Shown here one piece after another: positions 19,160 to 29,875 of a stretch of DNA of 64,000 bases. Position 1 is the stretch's first letter; each line of letters starts with the position of its first letter. The stretch spans positions 224,079 through 288,078 of the forward strand of contig CAYOCJ010000001.1 of assembly GCA_964402565.1 (NCBI GenBank), given 5' to 3'. Source of the stretch: an uncultured Gammaproteobacteria bacterium. Its GTDB lineage: Bacteria; Patescibacteriota; Patescibacteriia; UBA1558; 2-01-FULL-52-15. The notes beneath the pieces are model-generated. The model did not search any database. It was not told the origin of the DNA and saw only the letters and a program-made list of their open reading frames with translations. Position numbers and translations under genes: made by a program.

Positions 19160-20755
19160 ATGAAAAAAAATTTTCTCATTCTATCTTTCTGCTGCATAAC
19201 TTTTTTTGTCGCATACCAAGCATCTGCAGCAACGCGTTATGTAGCGACAACAGGCAGCGACAGTTCAAATAATTGCAGTACTAGCGGCTCGCCATGCGCC
19301 ACAATTTCGCGTTGTGTATCGCAAATGGCAGCAGGCGACACGTGTACGGTTGCAGATGGCACCTATACCGACCAAGCGCAGGCATCAGCATCGTTTAACT
19401 GCACCTCTCAAGCGCCCTGCACTATCAAGTCAACAAATCCACTTGGCGCGATCTTGGTGTTCACTTCGAGTGGCCCTGCCAGCTATCAGATACTTATCAA
19501 TGGCAATAACTGGGTGATCGATGGATTTAAGGTACAGGAAAATTATCAGCGCGGTTTTGTACAGGACATTGGTACCACTGGTCTTACTTTTAAAAATAAT
19601 CGTGTCGAGATCAGCCCATACTACGGCGAGAGCGCGCTCTATGTCACCGGCACTTCAAATGTAACCATTCAAAATAACTGGGTGCATCATTATCCGGGCT
19701 GTGTGAATGATGCGGTCCGCTGTGCATCAGGTGGGTACGACTCGTGTGATTTTGTCGAAGATCCTGCAGGCGCTTCTTTTTTAGATGCAGAATTTAACAT
19801 CAATGGAGCCGGCGGAAGCAATATCGTGATCACCGGCAATGATTATGGCCATATGCGAAATCCTATGTCGGTCAGAAATTACACAACGGTGACCTACTCC
19901 AGAAATAAATGCACGAATGCGACGAATCACGGTTGTATTGAAGGAGATGACCTTACTGGCGTCGTCATGGAAAATAATATCGCAGATATTGATACCGGTC
20001 CTGGTTGTACCGATGGGTCTGAGGTGTACCAGTCATCGCTGTGGGACAGCTACTGTTCAGCGAACGTAATCATCAGGAACAACACCTCAGTCGGCCAAGG
20101 CTTGGGCTGGGCGCAGCAATTAGTGGACCTGGAGCCGAATCATGGAGCAGCTTCTGCGTGCGGCGATAGTGCTGGGCCGAACGTCTGTGCGAATGGTGGA
20201 TGTTTCCAAAGCTATTCGATATACAATAATATCGTCTATGACGGCGCAAATCATAGCGGCTGGTTTGGATTCACCGGTGGAACGGCAGGAGGATTGAGCG
20301 GAACACAACCCCGCTATCGGACAAACTACAATGATATAAATGACCCATCAGGTCCTTGCATCGGGGCATATAGCAATAGCACCTACTGCAGTTGGTCTCA
20401 ATGGCAGGCAGCCGATATTGATGGAGACGGAACACCCGAGGATGTGAACGGCATTAATTCGGTGCCGCAATTTGTCAGTTATGCCGGACATGACTACCAT
20501 GCTGTTTCTGCAGCAGCGCCGCAGGTCAATGCTGGCGGTAATTCCGGGATCTATGCCTGTCCGAGTGTGGACTACGATGGCAACCCTCGGAATGATGGCC
20601 AATGTGATATCGGTGCGTTCGAAGTACAGGCCGCAGCAGCGGGCGATAGCCAGGCTCCGACAGCTCCTACAAACCTTTCAGCTTCAGTGACCGTTGCAAG
20701 CGTCATACGATCCTGGTTTATTGCGATTGTCACGGCGATTGCTCGACTCTTCTGA
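19160..20755 (+). CDS. Secreted right-handed parallel beta-helix repeat protein
   Basis: Signal peptide (MKKNFLILSFCCITFFVAYQASA). NNWV and ITGN turns recur with beta-helix periodicity, and the protein is rich in N, G, T and S. Confidence 0.5.
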   Translation: MKKNFLILSFCCITFFVAYQASAATRYVATTGSDSSNNCSTSGSPCATISRCVSQMAAGDTCTVADGTYTDQAQASASFNCTSQAPCTIKSTNPLGAILVFTSSGPASYQILINGNNWVIDGFKVQENYQRGFVQDIGTTGLTFKNNRVEISPYYGESALYVTGTSNVTIQNNWVHHYPGCVNDAVRCASGGYDSCDFVEDPAGASFLDAEFNINGAGGSNIVITGNDYGHMRNPMSVRNYTTVTYSRNKCTNATNHGCIEGDDLTGVVMENNIADIDTGPGCTDGSEVYQSSLWDSYCSANVIIRNNTSVGQGLGWAQQLVDLEPNHGAASACGDSAGPNVCANGGCFQSYSIYNNIVYDGANHSGWFGFTGGTAGGLSGTQPRYRTNYNDINDPSGPCIGAYSNSTYCSWSQWQAADIDGDGTPEDVNGINSVPQFVSYAGHDYHAVSAAAPQVNAGGNSGIYACPSVDYDGNPRNDGQCDIGAFEVQAAAAGDSQAPTAPTNLSASVTVASVIRSWFIAIVTAIARLF

Positions 20756-20777
20756 TAAAAACCCGTATACTCCGGTT

Positions 20778-22670
20778 ATGTCATTCAATCTGTATAGCAG
20801 TATACGGGATAGTATAGAGCAGCATGTTCAAAAACTCTGGCCTGATGCCGGAGCTGTGGATTTTGTATTGTCAGAGTCGGATATGCCTGAGCACGGAGAT
20901 TGCGCAGCGAATATTGCGTTGCTTCTCGCAAAGACTTTGAAAAAATCCCCGATGCAATTAGCAGAGCAGCTGGCGGATACGCTTTCTGGGGACAGCAAGC
21001 TCAAAACATATGTGGACCGCATTGAAGTCGCCAAACCTGGTTTCATTAATATTTTTTTCAATACTGCAGATCTTTCTCATAAGCTGCCTGAGTTCCTGAA
21101 GTCATTACAGAAGAAAGTCTCAGGCAAAGAAAAAGTTGTCATTGAGCATACCAATGTCAATCCAAACAAGGCCATGCACATCGGCCACCTGAGGAATGCA
21201 ATTTTGGGCGATACCATTAACACAGTATTAAAACGTGCAGGGTTTACCACTGAGGTTCAGTACTATGTCGATGATACCGGCGTGCAAGTCGTGGATACGT
21301 ATCTGGGGATCAAAGAATTAAAGCTTGATCAACTGCCAGGCGAGAAATTCGATCATTTTTGCTGGCGCGTCTATGCTGGCATCACTGAAGCATATGAAAC
21401 TGACCCGAACCTTTTAACGAAGAGAAAACTGATCTTACATGAACTTGAAAAAGGAACTACCGATACGGCGCATAGCGTTAAAGCATTGGCTGTTCAGATT
21501 TTGAGCGAGCATTTAAAGACTATGTCTCAATTCGGCATTGGTTACACCTTGCTCGTATGGGAAAGCGATATACTTGGTTTTGGATTTTGGAAGACAGCGT
21601 TCGAACTTTTGAAAAAGTCGGCCGTTTTTTTGAAAGAAACAGAGGGGAAAAATAAAGGGTGTTGGATCATTAAGTCGGACGATGATTCTGTAGCTGACGA
21701 GTATAGTCCTGATAAGGTGATCGTTAAATCAGACGGCACGGTAACGTATACCGGAAAGGATGTTGCGTATCATTTATGGAAATTTAATCTGCTGGGGAAG
21801 GATTTTCAATACCGAACATGGGACGATGCTCCGCAGAAAGAGCCGCTGGCGACCACAGATCAAGGCGGGAAGAAAAGTGCCGCATATGGCCGCGCTGATT
21901 ATGTGTACAATGTCATTGATGTACGGCAGGCCTATCCGCAGGCAATGGTGAAGATAGCGCTCGATAGCCTCGGACATCCGAAGCAGGCAGATCATCTGAA
22001 ACATGTGTCCTATGGCATTGTGTCTCTGTCTGAATCGACCGCAAAAGCACTCGGAGTCTCGACTGAAGCAGGGAAAAGCGTATATTCGATGTCCGGCAGA
22101 AAAGGCATTGGGATAAAAGTAGACGATCTATTAACCGCGACTGAAGACCGTGTCTCGAAGAAAACGTATACGGTTGAAAGCAAGCGGAGTGAAGAGGCGA
22201 TTTCAGCTCGCAAAGTGGCCATAGGCGCGATCAAGTACTATATGCTCAGGTATAATCCTCAGACAGATATGGTTTTTGATTTTGATGAAGCGCTCTCGCT
22301 CGAAGGCAATACCGGCCCGTACATTCAGTATGCACATGCCCGCATGGCAGGAATTTTAGAAAAATCCGGTGCAAAGAAATATCCGATGCCAAAAAGCATG
22401 ACATTGTCATCAGAAGAATCGCAACTCGTAAAAAAAATGTACCAATGGCCGCAGATTTTGGAGCGCGTAGCACTCGATCTGAGCGTAAACGCGCTGACCA
22501 CCTATGCCTTTGAACTAGCGAACAGCTTTAATCGATTCTATGAGGCGCAGCCAGTGCTGAAAGCAGAGAAAACATTGCGAGAGCAGAGGATCGCACTCGT
22601 TGCTTCATGCAAAGAAGTTTTAGCAGACGTCCTTGCGGTGCTTGGTATTGAAGCGCCAGAAAAGATGTAA
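20778..22670 (+). CDS. argS: Arginyl-tRNA synthetase
   Basis: HIGH motif (PNKAMHIGHLRNAILGD) and ArgRS N-terminal and anticodon-binding regions. The start is set at ATG 20778 (MSFNLYSS...) rather than the ORF-track start at 20694, which lies inside the upstream gene. Confidence 0.9.
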   Translation: MSFNLYSSIRDSIEQHVQKLWPDAGAVDFVLSESDMPEHGDCAANIALLLAKTLKKSPMQLAEQLADTLSGDSKLKTYVDRIEVAKPGFINIFFNTADLSHKLPEFLKSLQKKVSGKEKVVIEHTNVNPNKAMHIGHLRNAILGDTINTVLKRAGFTTEVQYYVDDTGVQVVDTYLGIKELKLDQLPGEKFDHFCWRVYAGITEAYETDPNLLTKRKLILHELEKGTTDTAHSVKALAVQILSEHLKTMSQFGIGYTLLVWESDILGFGFWKTAFELLKKSAVFLKETEGKNKGCWIIKSDDDSVADEYSPDKVIVKSDGTVTYTGKDVAYHLWKFNLLGKDFQYRTWDDAPQKEPLATTDQGGKKSAAYGRADYVYNVIDVRQAYPQAMVKIALDSLGHPKQADHLKHVSYGIVSLSESTAKALGVSTEAGKSVYSMSGRKGIGIKVDDLLTATEDRVSKKTYTVESKRSEEAISARKVAIGAIKYYMLRYNPQTDMVFDFDEALSLEGNTGPYIQYAHARMAGILEKSGAKKYPMPKSMTLSSEESQLVKKMYQWPQILERVALDLSVNALTTYAFELANSFNRFYEAQPVLKAEKTLREQRIALVASCKEVLADVLAVLGIEAPEKM

Positions 22671-22672
22671 CT

Positions 22673-23611
22673 ATGTATAACCCCACGAAGCCCTATAAGC
22701 ATACTATTTTGAAGCTTATTGAGAGCACGTGGCACACTCCTTATGTACAGGTCACAAAAGGCCTGTATCCTGTTATTCAAAAAAAATTTTTATACCCTGA
22801 AGTTCAGCACACTGACGGGATAGGATCGAAGGGTCTATACCACTGGCAGAAGCGAACTTTTCGTAACGCTGTTATCGATGCGCTTGCAATGAATCTCAAT
22901 GATCTAGCAATGGTTGGTGCAATTCCTTACGCAGTACAAAACCACATCGTTTTACCGACTGACGATCATGGAGTGATACTTGCTATTGTGGAAGCGTTAG
23001 CGGCTGAATGCAAGAAGCGAAAAATTGCTATGACCGGAGGAGAGACATCTATTCAGTCAGATTATACGGGAATGGATATCAGTATCACAGTATCTGGTTT
23101 AATAAAAAAGAAGTTTAAGAATGAATGCAAGGTTGGCGATGTGCTCATAGGACTTAAAAGCAATGGCCTCCATTCCAATGGCATGACCAAGGTGCGCGAA
23201 GTATTTGGTACTCGCTCGAGAAAGGAGTTTACAGAACCTACACACATATACCTTGATGAGATACATCGACTCTTAAAAAAGTGCCGGGTTCACGGAATGA
23301 TGCATATCACCGGAGGCGCATTTACCAAGCTGAAAGATATTTTGCCGCGAGGAGAAATACATATTTCTGTCCCACAGAAACTCAAACCGCAGCTCATATT
23401 CAGACAACTTTTTTCGCGCGGGGTTTCGAATAGAGAAATGTATACGACATTTAATTGCGGTATTGGTTATATTATTTCTGTAGCTAAGAAAGACGAACGG
23501 AAAGCGTTGAAACTATTGCCCGGTTCAGAAAAGATAGGTGAGGTGCTGCCTGGGCAGAAAAAGCGGGTAGTGATTTTATCTGCGTTCGATGGTAGGACCA
23601 TAGTGGTATAG
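22673..23611 (+). CDS. PurM-like protein (phosphoribosylformylglycinamidine cyclo-ligase/AIR synthase family)
   Basis: HTDGIGSKG (compare PurM GTDGVGTK), AMNLNDLAMVGA, MTGGETS and FNCGIGYIISV match the PurM superfamily core. The exact member was not assigned. Confidence 0.65.
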   Translation: MYNPTKPYKHTILKLIESTWHTPYVQVTKGLYPVIQKKFLYPEVQHTDGIGSKGLYHWQKRTFRNAVIDALAMNLNDLAMVGAIPYAVQNHIVLPTDDHGVILAIVEALAAECKKRKIAMTGGETSIQSDYTGMDISITVSGLIKKKFKNECKVGDVLIGLKSNGLHSNGMTKVREVFGTRSRKEFTEPTHIYLDEIHRLLKKCRVHGMMHITGGAFTKLKDILPRGEIHISVPQKLKPQLIFRQLFSRGVSNREMYTTFNCGIGYIISVAKKDERKALKLLPGSEKIGEVLPGQKKRVVILSAFDGRTIVV

Positions 23612-23627
23612 GAATAAATAAGGTTAT

Positions 23628-23676
23628 ACACAGACGCCACCCCGAGCGTAGTCGAGGGGCGGTTTTATATCTGTGT
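23628..23676 (+). terminator. Rho-independent terminator after the PurM-like gene
   Basis: Nested hairpin: outer stem ACACAGA/TCTGTGT and inner stem GCCACCCC.../GGGGCGG, followed by TTTTAT. Confidence 0.55.
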
Positions 23677-23740
23677 ACAACTTAGCATAAATCAGTATAA
23701 ACAATCACATAACCATAAAGTATGAAGTAAATAGTATTAC

Positions 23741-23769
23741 TTGACACTTTATACTTTATGCTTTATAAT
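23741..23769 (+). promoter_or_regulatory. Consensus sigma70-type promoter (TTGACA-17 nt-TATAAT)
   Basis: Exact -35 TTGACA (23741-23746) and -10 TATAAT (23764-23769) with a 17-nt spacer. It lies about 60 nt upstream of the MerR-like gene ATG. Confidence 0.6.
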
Positions 23770-23832
23770 TATCTCTATACCCCTCGGAAGAGGACTGGCA
23801 GGCGAGCAAAAAAACGCCTCAAGCCCATAGGT

Positions 23833-24123
23833 ATGCAAAAAAACAAAAACAAAAAATACAAAACACTGGGTTTTCGTGTTCTTGATGCTTCTGAAGGAAA
23901 AGCCCAGAGACTTGCGAAAATTGGACAGATCGCACAGCAGTATCAATTGCTGCCATCGACCATTAACTTCTATACACGCGAAGGATTGTTGCCGGAGGAT
24001 GCCAGGAGCCGAGGCGGCTACCGGCTGTATCATCGCGAACGGACCATCGAACGCTTGAAGCGTATCGAGTACCTTCAAAATGTAAAGCGCTTATCAATTG
24101 AGGAAATAAAGAAAGTCTTATGA
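23833..24123 (+). CDS. MerR-family HTH transcriptional regulator (short)
   Basis: IGQIAQQYQLLPSTINFYTREGLLPEDARSRGGYRLY matches the MerR HTH and wing. A K/R-rich N-terminal tail is present. The start is set at ATG 23833, downstream of the consensus promoter. Confidence 0.6.
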   Translation: MQKNKNKKYKTLGFRVLDASEGKAQRLAKIGQIAQQYQLLPSTINFYTREGLLPEDARSRGGYRLYHRERTIERLKRIEYLQNVKRLSIEEIKKVL

Positions 24124-24256
24124 TGCAGAAAACCCGATTGAAGCGAGCGCACCTGTTCACGGTTGCAGTGCCGCGGAACAAATTTTTTTTACCACGGCAA
24201 AAGAAACATAAAAAAACAATGTTCCAGCAGGTGTATACGCTTTTGTTTTAACCACG

Positions 24257-24285
24257 AAGGACCCTATCATGCTTGGGGTCCTTTT
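24257..24285 (+). terminator. Rho-independent terminator after the MerR-like gene
   Basis: Stem AAGGACCC/GGGTCCTT with an 11-nt loop, followed by TTGG. Confidence 0.5.
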
Positions 24286-24384
24286 GGTTACTAGTGTGTC
24301 GATGCCACACTAGGGACTCGAACGGGCGGTTTCCACAGAGAGTTGAAAACTTCAGTATTCTAGGTTAGTATAGCTTTTGAAGCT

Positions 24385-27300
24385 ATGGTAAAAATTCCAG
24401 AAAAAGAATTAGAAATCCTGGACTTTTGGAAGCAAAACGAAATCTTCAAAAAGTCGATGGAAAAACAAGCACCGAACGGGGACTATGTTTTTTATGAAGG
24501 ACCGCCAACCGCAAATGGCCGGCCTGGCCTTCATCATGTCTTGGCTCGTTCGTTCAAGGACATCATGTGTAGGTATAAGACCATGCGCGGCTATCGGGTC
24601 TTGCGTAAAGCTGGCTGGGATACGCATGGATTGCCGGTAGAAATCGAGGTTGAGAAACAAATTGGTATTTCAGGTAAATTAGATATTGAAAAATTTGGTG
24701 TCGAGGCTTTTAACCGGAAATGCCGCGAATCAGTATGGCAGTATCAGGAAGAGTGGGAGAAGCTGACCGATCGTATGGGATATTGGCTTGATATGGAGCA
24801 CCCGTATATCACGTACACCAATGACTATATTGAATCAGTATGGTGGGTGGTGAAGGAAGCATGGAATAAAGGTTTGGTGTATCAAGGACATAAAGTTGTG
24901 CCGCATTGCCCACGCTGCGGAACATCTCTTTCATCGCATGAAGTCGCGCAAGGATATAAGCTTGTGAAAGAACCATCGGTCTTTATCAAATTCAAAGTTA
25001 CGAAAGGCAAGGGAGCGGTACAGAACGGTGATTATATCTTGTCGTGGACCACAACGCCGTGGACCTTGCCGGGGAATGTGGCGCTGGCGATTGCTGAGGA
25101 TGTTGATTATGTAAGGGTGCAACGCACTTACTTGGAGCCACGATTAGGCTACCAACTTGAGGAAGGTAAGAATCCGCCTGAATCAAAAATGGTGAAGGTT
25201 TTTTATATTCTCGCTAAGCCTTTATTTGAACAGAATCAGATGAAGCTTAATCTAAATGAGGTTAAGGTTGTTGACGAATTCAAAGGCTCTGAACTTGTTG
25301 GTATCGAATACGAACCATTATTCCCTGGAGCAATTGATCCAGGTGAGAAAAAAGCATGGTATGTAGCACCTGCAAATTTCGTGACCACCGCTGATGGCAC
25401 TGGCGTGGTACATACCGCAGTCATGTACGGAGCAGAGGACTATGATCTAGGCATGGCAATGGGTTTGCCGGCAGTACATACCGTGGATGAAGCTGGGAAA
25501 TTCTTACCTTCAGTGAAGCAATGGGCCGGGCAATTCGTAAAATCAAAAAAAGTCGAGGAGGGGATCATCGCTGATCTGAAAGAGCGAGGATTGCTGCTTT
25601 CAGTTCTGGACTATGAACATGATTATCCTTTCTGCTGGCGATGCGATACGCCGCTTCTGTACTATGCGAAGGATTCCTGGTTTATCAAAATGACGGCATT
25701 GAAAGATGATTTGTTGAAAAACGCGAGTGAGATCAACTGGTATCCGGCGCATATCAAGGAAGGTCGCTTCGGTGAATGGCTCGAGGGCGTGAAAGACTGG
25801 GCCATTTCTCGCGAGCGGTACTGGGGGACACCAATGCCGATCTGGAAATGTGAAAGTTGCGGAAAGTTTCGTTGCGTAGGCTCTATTGCTGAACTTGAAA
25901 CAGATATCAAAGATCTACATCGGCCCTATATTGACGCAGTCATTTTGAAATGTGACTGTGGCGGAGCTATGAAACGAGCTCCGGAAGTTCTCGATGCGTG
26001 GCTTGATTCAGGGTCTATGCCTTTCGCGCAGCATCATTATCCTTTTGAGAATAAAGAGCTTATCGATTCTGGAGCGGCATTTCCTGCTGAATATATTTCT
26101 GAGGCAATCGATCAGACGCGCGGCTGGTTTTATACCTTGCTGGCTGTGTCAACGATTTTAGGCAAAGGCGCGAGCTACAAAAATGTGATTTGTCTCGGGC
26201 ATATCAATGACGCGCAAGGCAAGAAAATGTCCAAATCAAAGGGAAACGTGATCAATCCATTCGAAATGATGGATAAATATGGCGCGGATATCGTTCGGTA
26301 TCATTTGTTTACTATCAATCAGCCCGGCGAGATCAAGCTGTTTGATGAAAAAAATTTGGTTGAAACTTCACGGCAGGTAGTAATGACCTTGCTGAACGTC
26401 ATGAGTTTTTATGGTCTGTATGCCAAAGGAGATATCAAGGCCTCTGCGGATTCGAAACATATCATGGATCGTTGGGTCATTGCATTGCTGGATGACAAAA
26501 TTAATTTCATTACCAAAGAGTTAGACGCATACAATATCACTGAAGCAACGCGAGCGCTGGGAGAATTTATCCAAGAGCTTTCAGTGTGGTATATACGCAG
26601 GAGCCGTGATCGTTTCAAAGACGAGGCAACACAGGGGGAGGCTTTACAGGCTTTGAAATATGTTTTGCTGAATCTTGCAAAAATAATGGCGCCGTCAATG
26701 CCATTTATTTCTGAATATCTCTGGAAAGAATTGGGAGCAGAGGAGGCTGTATCAGTGCACCTTGCCGAATGGTCGAAAGCTTCCGGACATGATCAGCAAT
26801 TGCTTGACCATATGCAATCAGTGCGTTCGATTGTTGAAAAAGCTCATGCGCTCCGTGCTGTTGCCGGGATGAAGGTTAGGCAACCGTTGCAAACACTTGA
26901 AATCACGATCGATGTAAGCGATGAACTGAAGACAATCATTGCAGAAGAAGTGAACGTGAAGGAAGTTATCAGTAAAAGCGTGCTTTCATTTGATGCGGGC
27001 TGGGTTTCAGATGAGCAGAACAGTATTGCGCTGTTGACGACCCTCTCTGATGATCTGAAAGCTGAGGGTACATTGCGCGAACTCGTTCGTACGACGAATG
27101 CGCTTCGCAAGGAAAAAGGCTTGAAGACGAGCGACAGCATTTCGGTGACCTATAGTACGAAAAGCAGCGATCTAAAAAAAGTAATCACCAACTATACTGA
27201 CCAGCTCTGCAAACAGACGATCGCTGTATCCTGGAAACAGGTGGATTCTGCCGGAACGCCAACCAAGGTAAATGGAGAGGATATAGCAATCTATTTCTGA
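24385..27300 (+). CDS. ileS: Isoleucyl-tRNA synthetase
   Basis: HIGH-region PPTANGRPGLHHVLARSFKD, KMSKSKGN, and a CP1 editing domain. 971 aa. Confidence 0.95.
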   Translation: MVKIPEKELEILDFWKQNEIFKKSMEKQAPNGDYVFYEGPPTANGRPGLHHVLARSFKDIMCRYKTMRGYRVLRKAGWDTHGLPVEIEVEKQIGISGKLDIEKFGVEAFNRKCRESVWQYQEEWEKLTDRMGYWLDMEHPYITYTNDYIESVWWVVKEAWNKGLVYQGHKVVPHCPRCGTSLSSHEVAQGYKLVKEPSVFIKFKVTKGKGAVQNGDYILSWTTTPWTLPGNVALAIAEDVDYVRVQRTYLEPRLGYQLEEGKNPPESKMVKVFYILAKPLFEQNQMKLNLNEVKVVDEFKGSELVGIEYEPLFPGAIDPGEKKAWYVAPANFVTTADGTGVVHTAVMYGAEDYDLGMAMGLPAVHTVDEAGKFLPSVKQWAGQFVKSKKVEEGIIADLKERGLLLSVLDYEHDYPFCWRCDTPLLYYAKDSWFIKMTALKDDLLKNASEINWYPAHIKEGRFGEWLEGVKDWAISRERYWGTPMPIWKCESCGKFRCVGSIAELETDIKDLHRPYIDAVILKCDCGGAMKRAPEVLDAWLDSGSMPFAQHHYPFENKELIDSGAAFPAEYISEAIDQTRGWFYTLLAVSTILGKGASYKNVICLGHINDAQGKKMSKSKGNVINPFEMMDKYGADIVRYHLFTINQPGEIKLFDEKNLVETSRQVVMTLLNVMSFYGLYAKGDIKASADSKHIMDRWVIALLDDKINFITKELDAYNITEATRALGEFIQELSVWYIRRSRDRFKDEATQGEALQALKYVLLNLAKIMAPSMPFISEYLWKELGAEEAVSVHLAEWSKASGHDQQLLDHMQSVRSIVEKAHALRAVAGMKVRQPLQTLEITIDVSDELKTIIAEEVNVKEVISKSVLSFDAGWVSDEQNSIALLTTLSDDLKAEGTLRELVRTTNALRKEKGLKTSDSISVTYSTKSSDLKKVITNYTDQLCKQTIAVSWKQVDSAGTPTKVNGEDIAIYF

Positions 27301-27306
27301 ACCACG

Positions 27307-28044
27307 ATGGCATTCAAAACAGAGGCTTTCATTTTGCACTCGCGGGTACTGAAAGGCGCCGATCGTGTATATGAAGTGTTAACCCCGCGTGAAGGCAAAC
27401 TTTCCGTCATAGCGCGAGGTGTCGCTAAGCCGATCAGTAAAATGGCTGGTCATCTACAGCCATTCTCGCATGTGCGCCTGATGATCGGCAGAGGAAAACA
27501 AGACCATCTTGCAGGAGTTGCGACGATCCGCAGCTTCAGAGAGCTGGCTTCCAATTGGTCTGATTTTATTTTGGCCTCATCTTTGGTAGAATTAGTCCTG
27601 AGATTGAATGTGCCTGGCGTTGCAGCGCACGAAGAATTCGATCTTATGAGCAGCACCTTGGAATATCTGAGCGATTCGTCTAGGTCCAATCGGGATAAAG
27701 TACTGATGGCAAGGATCTTTCTCTGGAAAATGCTTGCATTATCGGGCTGGCGCCCGAATCTGACGCAATGCGCTCTTTGCCGGGAAACATTCGACGGCAT
27801 GCAGGTGTATTATCATGCAACGAAGGGTTTTACCTGTTCGAGGCACGCTGCTGAGGGTATGCTCCTTGAAGAAGGCTTGATAGATTTCTTAGGTGCGATA
27901 CTATCAGACCGGAACGGCGATGAATTAATCGCATTAGCCGGTTCGAATGGACTTGAGAAACAGTGGTTTTCGATCAGCCAGCAATACTATCAAGATATTA
28001 TCAGCTATCCGCTTCAGTCTCTAAAATTATTCAACTATGTTTAG
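27307..28044 (+). CDS. recO: DNA repair protein RecO
   Basis: N-terminal OB fold (EAFILHSRVLKGADRVYEVLTPREGKLSV) and a CALC...CSRH zinc motif. Confidence 0.8.
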   Translation: MAFKTEAFILHSRVLKGADRVYEVLTPREGKLSVIARGVAKPISKMAGHLQPFSHVRLMIGRGKQDHLAGVATIRSFRELASNWSDFILASSLVELVLRLNVPGVAAHEEFDLMSSTLEYLSDSSRSNRDKVLMARIFLWKMLALSGWRPNLTQCALCRETFDGMQVYYHATKGFTCSRHAAEGMLLEEGLIDFLGAILSDRNGDELIALAGSNGLEKQWFSISQQYYQDIISYPLQSLKLFNYV

Positions 28045-29875
28045 CAGCAGGAAAATAGATATGGATGCCGTGCGTGGCTCGAAATCAATTCCCCTGAAAA
28101 AAGTCAGTGCGAAGGATCAGTCCCGCGTTTCAGTGAGGGCTATGTCCTCAGATTTCGGTTCGTTCGGCAAGCGCCCCATTCCTGATGAATACAAAACGAT
28201 TGACCGTGGCCGCTCCGGCGGCTGGGGTTTTATTGTGTTTCTCTTTTTACTTTTTGCAGCCACGGCCGGAGGATTTTATTATTGGAACTCTCGACCGCCG
28301 GTCGTGCAAGGCGACAGTATGACACTTGCGGTCGACGGACCAAGCTCGCTGGTTTCAGGTTCAGCCATTACCTATACGCTTTCATACCAGAATAAAGATC
28401 TGGTAGCTATGAGAACGGTCGAGCTTGATGTTCAGTGGCCGGATGGTTTTTATTACGACAGCGCATCATCTGAGCCGACCGCAACTACGGCGACGACATG
28501 GAACCTCGGGCCTATGGATCCCGGCCAGACGAAAAAGCTTACGATCAAAGGCCAGCTCGTCGGGCTGAAGGATCAGAAACAAACGGCTGTTTTCAGAATG
28601 TCGTATCGGCCCGATAATATCAATTCTGATTTTGAAATTAAAAAAACGGTTGAAACAGTTATCTCCGATGCTCAGCTGGATATTGCACTTGATTCACCGT
28701 CAAAATTGCTCGCAGGCCAGCAAGTAACCTTTACTGCGACTATGAAGAACCTGACCGCTGATACGTTGACTGCGCTTGATATCGAAGCTATCTTGCCGAA
28801 AGATCTGGATCTAGTGAAGTCAGATCCAGCATTAACAGATGGACATTGGAAAGGTGATATAGCTGTCGATAAGCCTTTGGTGTTAACAATAGATGCCAAA
28901 GTTGGCGCTGATGCTGATGGACCGCAGTCCTGGATCATCGAGATCAACCAACAATCAAATGATCAGGCGAGGAAATTATTGCATCAGGAATTGCCGGTCA
29001 CGGTGGTAAAGCCGGATTTCGGCATTGATCTGAAGATCAATGGCCAAAGTTCAAGCTTTGATAGCGATTATGGCGAAGTATTGAATTACCAGGTGAAGGT
29101 TACCAATCAGAGCACATCGCCAATGACCGACGTGAAAGTCACGGCGCTTATGGACAGCGACGTGATTGACAGAAAAAATGTACAATCAACCGGCACTGCA
29201 TCGACTGACAGTATTACGTGGACAAAAGAACAGGTTCCTGCACTCGCGAGTTTGGATCCAGGAGCAGAAACGCTTATTTCATGGAAAGCGCCGTTATTGC
29301 AAAAGGGAACTGTCGGCCGCGCATCAGTCGATACATTGATCACCGTCGAACTGGAAGGTTTGCCGGACTGGAAGAAGACCTCATCAGTATTCGTGGTCTC
29401 TGTTGGCCAGGGTTTGGTATTCAACCAAGGCTTATACTGGAATTTAGCAGGTGAAAAAGTAGGCACCGGACAGCTGCCTCCAGTGACCAATGAAAAATCT
29501 GTGTACCTGGTCGTCTGGTCGCTTGATTCCGGCAGCCAGGATTTTGATACGGTCAGTGTTTCAGCATTCTTGCCCCCGAAGGTTACTTTTGTATCTACCG
29601 ATGATGTCGACGAAGGCACGTTGAAGTTCGATCCTGATACGAATCGGCTTGAGTGGCAGATCAATAATTTTTCAAGCAAGCTATTGCCGCTCAAGGCCAC
29701 CTTCAAAGTGAAACTGGTTCCGACAGACGAAGATAAAGGAACTATTATGCAGGTTTTGAATCCTGCAACGATCGTTGCTTCCGGCAAAGAGGTGTTTCAG
29801 ACCAAGAGTTTTGGCATTACCACGAGCCAGGTCGTTACTACCGAACCAGGCGATGTCGGCACTGTCATTGAATGA
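28037..29875 (+). CDS. Membrane-anchored surface protein with repeated DUF11-like beta-sandwich domains
   Basis: One N-terminal TM helix, followed by repeated units such as AQLDIALDSPSKLLAGQQVTFTATMKNLT and NYQVKVTNQSTSPMTDVKVT. Confidence 0.5.
   Translation: MFSSRKIDMDAVRGSKSIPLKKVSAKDQSRVSVRAMSSDFGSFGKRPIPDEYKTIDRGRSGGWGFIVFLFLLFAATAGGFYYWNSRPPVVQGDSMTLAVDGPSSLVSGSAITYTLSYQNKDLVAMRTVELDVQWPDGFYYDSASSEPTATTATTWNLGPMDPGQTKKLTIKGQLVGLKDQKQTAVFRMSYRPDNINSDFEIKKTVETVISDAQLDIALDSPSKLLAGQQVTFTATMKNLTADTLTALDIEAILPKDLDLVKSDPALTDGHWKGDIAVDKPLVLTIDAKVGADADGPQSWIIEINQQSNDQARKLLHQELPVTVVKPDFGIDLKINGQSSSFDSDYGEVLNYQVKVTNQSTSPMTDVKVTALMDSDVIDRKNVQSTGTASTDSITWTKEQVPALASLDPGAETLISWKAPLLQKGTVGRASVDTLITVELEGLPDWKKTSSVFVVSVGQGLVFNQGLYWNLAGEKVGTGQLPPVTNEKSVYLVVWSLDSGSQDFDTVSVSAFLPPKVTFVSTDDVDEGTLKFDPDTNRLEWQINNFSSKLLPLKATFKVKLVPTDEDKGTIMQVLNPATIVASGKEVFQTKSFGITTSQVVTTEPGDVGTVIE

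Noticed and set aside
20694-20777. Upstream extension of argS to the track start at 20694
   Set aside because: It overlaps the C-terminus of the beta-helix gene by more than 60 nt. The canonical ArgRS N-terminus begins at the ATG at 20778.
24124-24384. Possible T-box riboswitch or tRNA-like element in the ileS leader (GGGACTCGAAC resembles a T-arm)
   Set aside because: No complete cloverleaf could be folded on either strand, and the T-box consensus sequences are absent.
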